IMG/VR virus record: IMGVR_UViG_3300027756_001482
Coordinates: 1-27,491 of that record
Direction: 5' to 3' (one strand)
DNA from: a virus
Taxonomy: Duplodnaviria; Caudoviricetes
Length of the DNA: 27,491 nucleotides
Shown here: one piece after another, positions 16,930 to 25,336 of the stretch
How the letters are laid out: each line of letters begins with the position of its first letter
How positions within the stretch are numbered: position 1 is the first letter of the stretch
Notes under the pieces: model-generated
The model's input: the letters and a program-made list of their open reading frames with translations, nothing else
The model's database searches: none
What the model was told of the DNA's origin: nothing
Program-made: the position numbers and the translations under genes

Positions 16930-17922
16930 TTACTGCTTTTGACGGCTACGAATCATGGCCAGGATGTCCTGGGCATTTTTGCTGCCTTCTGCAGGCCGGG
17001 CCACTGGTGCTGCTGCTGCAGGAACATCGTCTTCATCAAAGTCACTAGTTGGTGCAGGTGCTGCCTTGGCAGCAGGCTTGGCTGCTGGTGCAGGTGCGTC
17101 CTCATCTGCATGTGCAGCTCCGGCACCACCGAGTGCTTGTACACCTGCAGGACGGAAGTACTGACCCCAACGTTCTGTGTCGTAAGGTTGTCCATCCACT
17201 GATGCTTCAAACATCTCTTTGATTACCTTCAACTCAACATCGCCGGGTCGCTTGGGCAGAAATGTGCTCAAATCAAACAGGCCGTGTGTGGCAATGGCCG
17301 CTTGTTCAGCTTCGGTCAGTGCTGATTCTTTACGTGCCCACTTGCTGGTGTTGTAGTCAGCAAAACCACCTTTGGCAGTTTTGGTAATGCGGAAGTCCAG
17401 GCCACGCAAGATGTCTGTGGGCAATTCTTCCAGCTCAGGGTCCATCAGGGCACCTTTGATGATGGTAAAAATCTGTGGTCCGATGATGAAACGTCTGATG
17501 GGATTTTCTGGAGTCTTGTCGTCGGTCAGTGGGTTTTCACGCACAAAGCCTTGAAAGATGTATGAACGTTTCTTCCAGTATTTGCGACCCATTTCTTCAA
17601 GGCTCTTGTCCTTGAACCAGGTGCGTACTTCTGCCAAGATAGGGCATGCATCGCCCCACATTTCCACACAAGGTACTTGCACGTACACTTGTTTGGAATC
17701 GCCTTCGCCTCGGATGCCAGCAAAAGGCAAACGAATCATTGCTCGTTCTTGCCAGAAAAATGTGTTTTTTGTATTTGCGTCGGGAAGGAATCGCAGTGTT
17801 GCACTTTGTCCTTCTTCCATGTTCCAATGGGCGTAAATGGAGTTGTCTCCACCAGTTTGTCCGCCGCCTTTGTTGCCCTCTGCTGCCTGTAGTCGTGCTC
17901 TGATTTCTGCTAATGATGCCAT
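16930..17922 (-). CDS. single-stranded DNA-binding protein, T4 gp32-like
   Basis: LRFLP, PCVEMWGDACP, KYWKKRSY, GLDFRITK..KGGFADYNTSKW, Ala/Pro/acidic tail; ATG 17922 with SD AAGGAG at 17930-17935. Confidence 0.9.
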   Translation of the reverse strand: MASLAEIRARLQAAEGNKGGGQTGGDNSIYAHWNMEEGQSATLRFLPDANTKNTFFWQERAMIRLPFAGIRGEGDSKQVYVQVPCVEMWGDACPILAEVRTWFKDKSLEEMGRKYWKKRSYIFQGFVRENPLTDDKTPENPIRRFIIGPQIFTIIKGALMDPELEELPTDILRGLDFRITKTAKGGFADYNTSKWARKESALTEAEQAAIATHGLFDLSTFLPKRPGDVELKVIKEMFEASVDGQPYDTERWGQYFRPAGVQALGGAGAAHADEDAPAPAAKPAAKAAPAPTSDFDEDDVPAAAAPVARPAEGSKNAQDILAMIRSRQKQ

Positions 17923-17940
17923 AGTTTTTCTCCTTGATAA

Positions 17941-17998
17941 GTTGCCTATGTTATGTTGCCTATCTAAATGTTTAGATCTTGGTTGCCTGTGACTCACA
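17941..17998 (-). repeat. structured SSB leader: 3x AGGCAAC plus two short palindromes
   Basis: gttgcct at 17941-47, 17955-61, 17982-88; ATCTAAA-tg-TTTAGAT 17962-77; TGTGA-c-TCACA 17988-98. Confidence 0.7.
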
Positions 17999-18023
17999 AA
18001 CAAAAAAGCGCAAACACTGTAGT

Positions 18024-18052
18024 AGTATATGCGCTTTGTGTCTACGTGTCAA
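18024..18052 (-). promoter_or_regulatory. sigma70-like promoter TTGACA-N17-TATACT for the SSB gene
   Basis: tgtcaa 18047-18052, agtata 18024-18029. Confidence 0.8.
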
Positions 18053-18055
18053 GAG

Positions 18056-18063
18056 TATTTATA
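18056..18063 (-). promoter_or_regulatory. T4 late promoter consensus TATAAATA
   Basis: tatttata on +; exact gp55 consensus immediately upstream of the sigma70-like promoter. Confidence 0.7.
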
Positions 18064-20145
18064 TCATCTGAGCAAAGCCAATGATTTTATTCTTGCCAGA
18101 AGTGCATCGCCTTCTTGGATGTCCGTTTCTTTGCCTTCATAGTAGCTGCCGGTCATGGCTGAGTTTGAGTTGATAGGGTCATCTTCTCCCAAGGCGCCCC
18201 GAACATTACCTTTGGCCAATTTCATCAATGGATCGCCAATGTCTTTCTTGATTTTTTGCCCAAATGTGCGCGGCTCGTCCGCACGTTGTGCCAATCTCTT
18301 TTCAGCATCATCAGCACGTTGTTGTATCTGCATTGATCGAACCAGAGCATCCATTTCTAATTCTTTTGTATGCGGTTTTTCGCCTTCGCCCATGCTGTAG
18401 GGCATGCCCACTGCACCACCATCTTCATACATGCCGCCACATTCGGCCAAGCCGTGTTCTGGGCAGTAGTCACCTTCCATAGTCATGTTGCATGAACCTT
18501 CGCTAACAGGCATGATCATTGGACTGATGAGATTTTCTTTTATACCAAGGTCCTCAGAAAAACGATCACTGATCCATTCATATGGATCACCGTCTCGAGC
18601 TTTCTTTGTACCATAAGGCATGTCATCAAAGTAGTAGTCATACAACGCATCATACAATGCGTCACTCATGTCACCGTTTTGGGTGAAATCTTTGACATCA
18701 CGCCGGAATGTGTTTTTGATGTGTTCTAGTGTGCTGCCTGTTGAATCGGTCAATACGCTTTCTTTCACTGGTACGCCCGCATATTTCAGCATCTCGGCTA
18801 ATTCACGATCTTGCTCAAATGTACTCATGTTGTCTCCTTCTGCCACAGGAGGTGCAGCAGGAGCAGCCGCTGGTTGTGCTGGTGCTGTGTCTTGTTCAAC
18901 GTCAGCAGGTTCCGCTTGTGTGCTTTGGGGAGTTTGAATGCCCAGTTCAGCCAGTCTACGTTGTACATCTGAGTCGTCCCAGATGTTGGCACGGCCTTGA
19001 CTCTTATCAGCTAGGTCGTTCAAGATATCAAACAGCTCATCATCGCCCACAATGCTGTACAACAATTCGGTAGCATTGGTGGCATCGGGACCAACTATGA
19101 GTTCTCCACTCATCAGTTGGTTGAGTTTTTCCATTTGTTCAGGAGTTTCTGGCAGTGCCCAGGTGCCTTCACTTAGGTTGTTGATCCAGTTTTCAAATAT
19201 TTCGGCTTCTTTCATGTTGTTTCCTTGTTGTTGTATCTTGGCCAGTGTGGGCAAGGCAGCTTCAATTCTAGCGTCCAGGGTCTGTTCCACAAACAGGTCG
19301 CGTAGATTTTCTACCAGGGCTTCGGCTTCACCTGTTTGGTCAGGAGCCCAGGTTTCAAAGTATGCTTGATAGCCACGTGGGCTGCCAAGATGCCTGACGG
19401 TTTCTTGTAGGCTGTGATAGTATTGTCGTGCGCTTTCCACCAGCTCTTGTGTGACACCTTCGTACACACGATGGTGTTGCGCACGATTGAAACGACTCAG
19501 CACTGCCATTTCGCTGACAATTTCTGTGATATGGTTGCCACGAACATCGTAGGGACGACCGCCCGAACGCACATGTTCCAGCATGGCTCTGCCGCCGGCC
19601 AGACTTTTGAATGGCAAACGGAAACGTTCTTGGTCAGCTGTTTCGATAAACAAACTTTCCACGTAGCGAAAACGTTTGTCATTTTCGCCCAGCTGACGAT
19701 TGTGATTGATCACCAGTCGGGCCTGAGTTTGTTCGCCCATGTAACTCACCCGACGATTGCCATAGTAGCCTTCAAACAGGCCTTCTTTGATGGCAGCAAT
19801 ACCAGCCAGTGTGTGTTTCAGTTGATTGATGTCCTTGGGACTCCACGTGGCCGAGTGGCTGGCTGCTTTGTTGCTGAGTTCTTCCAGGAAAGTGAACCAG
19901 TCTTGTTTGTCATCAGGATCCATGCCCCGGCCCAGATTGTCACCATAAAACAAACTGAGCTCGTTGTCAGCTACTACGCACACTGCGGTGCCGTAGTTTT
20001 TGCCAGTGCCGGCCACGTAATCAAACTTTATGGTTTTGGCATCACCTGCTTCAGCAGGTTGGCCTTGGTCATCAAAATATTCTGGGTCAAAATTGCGTGT
20101 GACCAGGAAATCTGCTAGATCTTGAGGTAATGCTTCCATTGTCAT
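18064..20145 (-). CDS. large acidic hypothetical protein, probable head/prohead-core associated (693 aa)
   Basis: Directly downstream of terminase, late motif upstream; low-complexity acidic C-half with repeated hydrophobic-x-E-G/S motifs and a CNMTMEGDYCPEHGLAEC cluster. Confidence 0.7.
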   Translation of the reverse strand: MTMEALPQDLADFLVTRNFDPEYFDDQGQPAEAGDAKTIKFDYVAGTGKNYGTAVCVVADNELSLFYGDNLGRGMDPDDKQDWFTFLEELSNKAASHSATWSPKDINQLKHTLAGIAAIKEGLFEGYYGNRRVSYMGEQTQARLVINHNRQLGENDKRFRYVESLFIETADQERFRLPFKSLAGGRAMLEHVRSGGRPYDVRGNHITEIVSEMAVLSRFNRAQHHRVYEGVTQELVESARQYYHSLQETVRHLGSPRGYQAYFETWAPDQTGEAEALVENLRDLFVEQTLDARIEAALPTLAKIQQQGNNMKEAEIFENWINNLSEGTWALPETPEQMEKLNQLMSGELIVGPDATNATELLYSIVGDDELFDILNDLADKSQGRANIWDDSDVQRRLAELGIQTPQSTQAEPADVEQDTAPAQPAAAPAAPPVAEGDNMSTFEQDRELAEMLKYAGVPVKESVLTDSTGSTLEHIKNTFRRDVKDFTQNGDMSDALYDALYDYYFDDMPYGTKKARDGDPYEWISDRFSEDLGIKENLISPMIMPVSEGSCNMTMEGDYCPEHGLAECGGMYEDGGAVGMPYSMGEGEKPHTKELEMDALVRSMQIQQRADDAEKRLAQRADEPRTFGQKIKKDIGDPLMKLAKGNVRGALGEDDPINSNSAMTGSYYEGKETDIQEGDALLARIKSLALLR

Positions 20146-20152
20146 AGTGGTG

Positions 20153-20158
20153 TATTTA
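20153..20158 (-). promoter_or_regulatory. putative late promoter TAAATA
   Basis: Overlaps the terminase stop codon, 7 nt before ATG 20145. Confidence 0.5.
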
Positions 20159-21736
20159 GCGCATCATTGATACAAACGGCATGGGCTCGATGATGTTGTC
20201 TCCGTGATCTTTCATTTGTGTGTCCAGTTCTGCATGATATGTTTGCAACAGCATGAGCATGCGTACCACCAACAGCGAGCTCATCACAAGATCGTCTGTT
20301 TCGCCAGGTTTGGCAGCATAACTGCCGCCCGACGCAACAAAAGTTTTGAGCTCAGAGATTAAAGGCCTGCTGTGCAGTCGCATGCGCCCGGATTCCACTA
20401 AGATTTTGAACTTGCTACAGGCAGTGAGTTTGGCACGGTTTGTGGTGTTGAATCCCTTGCGGAACCTGCGACCTGTTGTGCCTGTTACTGAATTGTCGCT
20501 GAGAAAATAGCCCCGGATGTTTTCTTCACCGTATTCGTTTATGGAAATCAAGGCCGCTTCACCAATGGTGTTGTTTTCCACTGAGTAGTAGATCTGTTTG
20601 TCGTCTTTTGTAACATCGTACAGTTCATTCACAATGTCGGCTAAGAGTTTGACTTGTGTGGGAATGTCAGTTCGGTTGTGTCGCCACTCGGCCACTTGTT
20701 CTGTGGTGTCTGCTTCAAACACCTGTATGGCAGCAGGATCGCCACCTGTGCCCAGACTGGGGTCTAAGGCCACAATGTATATCTTGTCTTTGACAGGAGT
20801 TTTGTACCAACGCACCTGTCCTGTGCGGCGATTGGGTTCCACGCCTTCCAGATCAATCAATTTTGTCGGAGCAATCAAGGTTTCATCATTAATCACAAAC
20901 TCACATTCCATTTCTCTACGAAATCGATCTTCGCCCAACTGCGCCAGTTGCTCTGCACCCCAGGTATCGCCACGGTCAGGATGCTCGCGCCAGTTGCTTC
21001 TAAATGCACGGAATCCATTGATGCCCAGTTTGGTGGTGTTGCCATGCTCGTCTTCAGTTTTGTTGGCGCCTTTCCACAACAAAGCAAACTGGTCTTCGTC
21101 TGAGTTGGGAGTACTGGTGATGATGGCCTTACCACCTGTGGCCAGTGTGGGTGAAATAGAAGTCCAAAACTCTCGGGCAATGGTGGGACGCACAAACGCA
21201 AATTCGTCGGCATATAGGAGTGAAATACTCATACCCCGGCCTGTTGTTTCTGTAGTGGTCTGGGCCACGATACGTGATCCGTTTTCAAATTCCAATGAAT
21301 TCTTGTTGTAACTGGTGGCACCGGCTCGGATATGATTGGGGCACAGTTCGTATGCATATCTAATGCGTTGCATGATCTCCTGTGCGCCTGTGTATTTGTG
21401 TGCAGCCACAAGTATAGTTGAGTCAGGAACAAACATGGCATACCACAACAGATAACCAGCGGCTGACGTTGACTTGCCAGTTTGTCGAGGCATTAGACTT
21501 ATTGAGTATCTATAGTTGTGATAGGTTTCAATCAGTCGAGATTGATACTCAAACGGATGGTACAGCATCTTGCCGCGTGTGGGATGCTGAATATAAAAAA
21601 AGTGATCCAAAAAATACAAGGGTCCGGTCACGGAGTCAGCACAGGCCGCAAACTCTATAAGTTCTTGTTCAGTGTACACTTCCTTGCGGTGCGGTGCTTT
21701 GACCAAGACCGTTTCTAAATTATTTTGGATAGCCAT
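20156..21736 (-). CDS. terL: terminase large subunit (T4 gp17-like)
   Basis: FEYQ (Q motif), Walker A MPRQTGKST, Walker B LLYADEFAF, coupling motif ITSTPN, nuclease VALDPSLG, VENN, DDLVMS. Confidence 0.95.
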   Translation of the reverse strand: MAIQNNLETVLVKAPHRKEVYTEQELIEFAACADSVTGPLYFLDHFFYIQHPTRGKMLYHPFEYQSRLIETYHNYRYSISLMPRQTGKSTSAAGYLLWYAMFVPDSTILVAAHKYTGAQEIMQRIRYAYELCPNHIRAGATSYNKNSLEFENGSRIVAQTTTETTGRGMSISLLYADEFAFVRPTIAREFWTSISPTLATGGKAIITSTPNSDEDQFALLWKGANKTEDEHGNTTKLGINGFRAFRSNWREHPDRGDTWGAEQLAQLGEDRFRREMECEFVINDETLIAPTKLIDLEGVEPNRRTGQVRWYKTPVKDKIYIVALDPSLGTGGDPAAIQVFEADTTEQVAEWRHNRTDIPTQVKLLADIVNELYDVTKDDKQIYYSVENNTIGEAALISINEYGEENIRGYFLSDNSVTGTTGRRFRKGFNTTNRAKLTACSKFKILVESGRMRLHSRPLISELKTFVASGGSYAAKPGETDDLVMSSLLVVRMLMLLQTYHAELDTQMKDHGDNIIEPMPFVSMMR

Positions 21737-22487
21737 CTACAAATTTCTTGGTTAGTATGGTGTGAATTTTTGGGCCACCGTGCATGTAGTCCCGGGCATA
21801 GCCAATTTCTTTACGACTCCACCACATGTGATCTTCTGCATTGAGTATAGTGCATGGTATATCTAAATCTGCACACAGTTGTCTTATTGCTAGAATATTT
21901 TTGCGCTGATTTATTTTTGCATTTTCTCCATTTATAAACCAATGCTTGAGGTAGTGATCATTGGCACTAAACAAAATGCTTTGACTTTGTGGCAAGAACA
22001 CTTCCACAGGTAGATGCCGATGTAACAAGTCCCCATCATCAAGCAATAGTTCGAGTCTGCTGCGTGGTGGTACCAACATGCACACATACTCTGGTTTGAA
22101 TTTTGGCACCCAATACTCAGCCAGTCGGTAGCAAGAGTCTGCGCTGTACCCTCCCCAGGCCAAGTTGGCACATTTCAATCCCAGAGCAGCAGCAGTTTGT
22201 TGTGCCCAGGTTGCTTCGTTGGGCAAACCAATGCCGAATGTGTAACTACAGCCCAGTGCTATCATGCATGGGCCGCCGTCAAATTCATCGCAGCGGAATC
22301 CATGGCTATTGAATTTGTAGGTGATTGCACCTGGTTGATCCCAACCCAGCTTGGCAAAATACTCACGATGTTCAGGATCTTGTATCAGTTTTTCATAATT
22401 TTCTTTGGTGTCAGTGGGCATCCAGTCTAGAGTTTGACCAGCTTGAAATTTTCCAAAATGATGCGGGGGGTTTTTAAATGTTGTCAT
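21720..22487 (-). CDS. SGNH/GDSL-like protein
   Basis: YKFNSHGFR, ALGCSYTFGIG, NLAWGGYS, C-terminal RDYMHGG (DxxH). Confidence 0.65.
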   Translation of the reverse strand: MTTFKNPPHHFGKFQAGQTLDWMPTDTKENYEKLIQDPEHREYFAKLGWDQPGAITYKFNSHGFRCDEFDGGPCMIALGCSYTFGIGLPNEATWAQQTAAALGLKCANLAWGGYSADSCYRLAEYWVPKFKPEYVCMLVPPRSRLELLLDDGDLLHRHLPVEVFLPQSQSILFSANDHYLKHWFINGENAKINQRKNILAIRQLCADLDIPCTILNAEDHMWWSRKEIGYARDYMHGGPKIHTILTKKFVDGYPK

Positions 22488-23619
22488 ATTGAGGCCATAA
22501 CTGTTTGAATGTTGTCGTTTTGTTCAGTTCTTTTTCTACACGATGATGAAATTCTTGTGCCACTGGTTGGTAATCAGCTGTCACTAGATAACTGTTGTCC
22601 AGTAGTGTCAACCGATAACGTCGTAGGGTGTCTGTGGCCAAGTTGGACCAGTTTTGATCGTTTCCATACTTGGTCATTACGCGGTCAATTTCTTCAATGG
22701 CCTGCTGACGCATGGATTTGGGATATCGCCTGATGTCCAAATCCCACGGATGTATGAGTTCGCACCAAAATATATCAAGGCCTTCAGCAACACAAAAATC
22801 ATAGTATTCAACCAGGTCAAATGCACAATAAATGCTGTATGCTGGATGTGCAATTACTTTTTGTGCATGTTGTTTCATGACATGGATATTATTGACAAAT
22901 ATTTCCCAACTGGCTCTGTCTCTAACATACTCAAACTTGTGTTGATTGGCATTGTCAAAACTGATTAGCCAATCTACCTTGGGCCAGGTGCGTAATTCAT
23001 TATAGATGGCATTGTTGGTAATATCAATGCTGAGATTTGTAGTCACAAGCACCTGCACTTGATCGGGATTTAGGCACGCTAAAAAGTCCAACAGTCCTTT
23101 TTGTAACAGAGGTTCGCCACCACCTAGACTTAGTCCCACAACTGAATGCCCGTGTTCACGTGCTAGTCGAATTAGATCAGGATGTTCATTTTTCACATGA
23201 TTGATAGGAATACCCTTGATACTTTGCCAGGCAGTGCTGGTTTCGGGATTGCAATAAACACAGGTCAAATTACACAAGTTACTCCAGTTTACCACAATGT
23301 GTTCTAGCTCAAAGTAGTTAACAGGATCCTGTTCAATTGCTGCCAAGGTTTCAGGTTTGGCATAACGCACTGTGCGACCACTGGCACCTGTGGTTTCTTC
23401 CAGTTGCTTGCACCATGAGCAGCCGGGTGCCCACTCACCACGTGCCATGGCCTGTTTCATGCCAGTCACCACAGGTCCTGCAATGACTTCTTGAATGGTA
23501 TTTTTCTTTATGTTGCCAATCATGTCCACACAATGAAAGCAAGGACTGACTTCACCAGCTTGATTAATGTTGAGGCTGGTCCAGGGTGCAGGACAAAATG
23601 TGGGGCTCGAAGATATCAT
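22474..23619 (-). CDS. radical SAM protein with N-terminal twitch/SPASM-like domain
   Basis: FCPAPW..GEVSPC..IGNI..GCSWC, then CNLTCVYC, GGGEPL, TTNL, FEYVR; ATGA overlap at 23616-23619. Confidence 0.9.
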   Translation of the reverse strand: MISSSPTFCPAPWTSLNINQAGEVSPCFHCVDMIGNIKKNTIQEVIAGPVVTGMKQAMARGEWAPGCSWCKQLEETTGASGRTVRYAKPETLAAIEQDPVNYFELEHIVVNWSNLCNLTCVYCNPETSTAWQSIKGIPINHVKNEHPDLIRLAREHGHSVVGLSLGGGEPLLQKGLLDFLACLNPDQVQVLVTTNLSIDITNNAIYNELRTWPKVDWLISFDNANQHKFEYVRDRASWEIFVNNIHVMKQHAQKVIAHPAYSIYCAFDLVEYYDFCVAEGLDIFWCELIHPWDLDIRRYPKSMRQQAIEEIDRVMTKYGNDQNWSNLATDTLRRYRLTLLDNSYLVTADYQPVAQEFHHRVEKELNKTTTFKQLWPQYDNI

Positions 23620-24185
23620 TTTGGGGTAATCCATGTGTAACTAGTGAGTCTGAATGTGTTGGCTGGCACAGGTGTGAGCATGCCATGCCATTGTAATCTT
23701 CTAAACTCTTGTGAGTTGGGTTGATTGATCATGACATATCCTGAGTTGGCTTGCATAAGAAATTGATGTCTCAGTGAGTTTGAATCTTTGTAGTTGTAAA
23801 ATGATGTACCAAGATTTAATTGACTGCCAATCCAAAACAACTGCATGGCTCCGGGCATTTCTCCGTCTGTGTGTATATTGCATGTGAATCCTGGTTCGTC
23901 AACCCACCAGGCTGTGCTTGAATCAGTGCCTGAATGGTTGTGCAGTGTCATGCCAATAGATTCAGCAATACCGGGCCATAACTGTTGACAACATTGATTC
24001 CAGTATGCCATCCAAGGTATCACCGCGCTGTTTATCTTTCTACGCCGCCAGAACTCTTGACCCGATTGCTTGGTCCAGGCAAGACTCATCCACGGTGTAC
24101 ATAAAATTTGATCAACCAGATCTGCAGGCATGATGTCTCTCACCCAGAACAAATTGTTTTCGTCATCAACCGCGGTTATTTGCAT
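23616..24185 (-). CDS. 2OG-Fe(II) oxygenase superfamily protein
   Basis: HTD...WHG facial triad, GTSFY, NSGY, C-terminal R (FRLTSY). Confidence 0.75.
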   Translation of the reverse strand: MQITAVDDENNLFWVRDIMPADLVDQILCTPWMSLAWTKQSGQEFWRRRKINSAVIPWMAYWNQCCQQLWPGIAESIGMTLHNHSGTDSSTAWWVDEPGFTCNIHTDGEMPGAMQLFWIGSQLNLGTSFYNYKDSNSLRHQFLMQANSGYVMINQPNSQEFRRLQWHGMLTPVPANTFRLTSYTWITPK

Positions 24186-25318
24186 AGCATCCTCAGCTCT
24201 GGCCATAGTTGTTCAAACTTGCCAGCAGTGTCCGGATGATACCGGGTTTCATTATCATGTATGTGTTGTCGGAACTGCTGTGCAATTCCTCTACGTTCTT
24301 GCGTGACCGCACGATAGTTACTCAGTGCCTGATCAAAGAACTGCCGTTCAGCTGGTGTGGCCATACCCATGGCATAAAAATGTTCAATCTCTGCCGCAGC
24401 AAGGTCAGCCACAGCAGGTCCATGCAAGAATGGGTCCAGGTATTCAGGTTGAAACAAATTCTGCCATAACACCGTGGCTCCTGCTGATTCAACAAACTGT
24501 CTGAACTCACAGACACGTGTGGCATTGTACATGTTGTACACTGCATGCACACCGCCCCATTGACCTTGCGACTTCATCAGGCCTTGTATGATGTTTAGAT
24601 TTTCTTGCAACACTGTCCATGATCCGCCATGCCGCACATACTCAAAACGATCACCTATGTTGTCAAAGCTCATGCTCCAGCCCACTTGTTTACGTTGTGC
24701 CAGCTTGCGAAATATCCGGTTGGTTTGTAAATCTACATTCAGGTTGGTAATCAGGGTCACAATGGCAGTGTCTGGGATTACATCTAATAATCGATTGTTC
24801 TCTGGCAGCAACAATGGTTCGCCACCTACCAAGGCAACTTCATGTATGTGTTCATAATGCTGTTCAATAAAATCACACACCTGTTCATAGTAGGGTCTTG
24901 TGCCTGATTTAAAAGGTATGTTTTTGATGCCTGCCCATTTTGAACTGCATGCTTCCCCGCAGTAGTTGCAACTCAAGTTACAAGTGGTGTTCCAACGCAC
25001 ATCCACAATCACAGGGTAGTGATATTGGTCGCCTGCTGCGGCATAATCAAAGTCGGGGTTGACATTGTTGTGCCATTGTCGTTCTGAATCTGCGCCAAAG
25101 CGTTCGGCTCGCACACAGTTGGAACAGTAGTCATGCGCTTGTCCTTGTGCTAGACTGGCACGTATTTCAGTCATCAACTTTGAGTTGAGTATTTTTTCTA
25201 TTGACTGTGTTTCAAGATTGCCCAGCATGTTGGGGTTGCCAGCACAACAGGTTTTGACGTCACCACGGGGATTGATATGTAAGCCACGCCAGGGCGCTGC
25301 ACAGTAAAAGTTGCTCAT
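24176..25318 (-). CDS. radical SAM protein with N-terminal twitch/SPASM-like domain
   Basis: FYCAAPW..GDVKTCC..LGNL..YCSNC, then CNLSCNYCGEACSSKW, VGGEPL, ITNL, FEYVRHG. Confidence 0.9.
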   Translation of the reverse strand: MSNFYCAAPWRGLHINPRGDVKTCCAGNPNMLGNLETQSIEKILNSKLMTEIRASLAQGQAHDYCSNCVRAERFGADSERQWHNNVNPDFDYAAAGDQYHYPVIVDVRWNTTCNLSCNYCGEACSSKWAGIKNIPFKSGTRPYYEQVCDFIEQHYEHIHEVALVGGEPLLLPENNRLLDVIPDTAIVTLITNLNVDLQTNRIFRKLAQRKQVGWSMSFDNIGDRFEYVRHGGSWTVLQENLNIIQGLMKSQGQWGGVHAVYNMYNATRVCEFRQFVESAGATVLWQNLFQPEYLDPFLHGPAVADLAAAEIEHFYAMGMATPAERQFFDQALSNYRAVTQERRGIAQQFRQHIHDNETRYHPDTAGKFEQLWPELRMLCK

Positions 25319-25322
25319 ATCG

Positions 25323-25328
25323 TATTTA
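25323..25328 (-). promoter_or_regulatory. putative late promoter TAAATA
   Basis: 4 nt upstream of ATG 25318. Confidence 0.5.
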
Positions 25329-25336
25329 CGGCAGGA

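Noticed and set aside
17988-17998. TGTGA-c-TCACA as a CRP site
   Set aside because: CRP requires a 6-nt spacer; here it is 1 nt.
17923-18003. 27-aa N-terminal extension of SSB in the ORF track
   Set aside because: Strong SD directly before ATG 17922; the extension is the regulatory leader.
19414-20118. 234-aa plus-strand ORF
   Set aside because: Antisense shadow of the 693-aa gene; no motifs or RBS.
20598-21311. 237-aa plus-strand ORF
   Set aside because: Antisense shadow of terminase.
21720-21736. C-terminal GYPK of the SGNH-like ORF resembling the GYPR tag
   Set aside because: Dictated by overlap with the terminase start (ATGGCTATCCAAAA); coincidental.
20156-21736. Intein or intron in terminase (also checked uvsX)
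   Set aside because: Normal lengths, contiguous motifs, no splicing or homing-endonuclease signatures.
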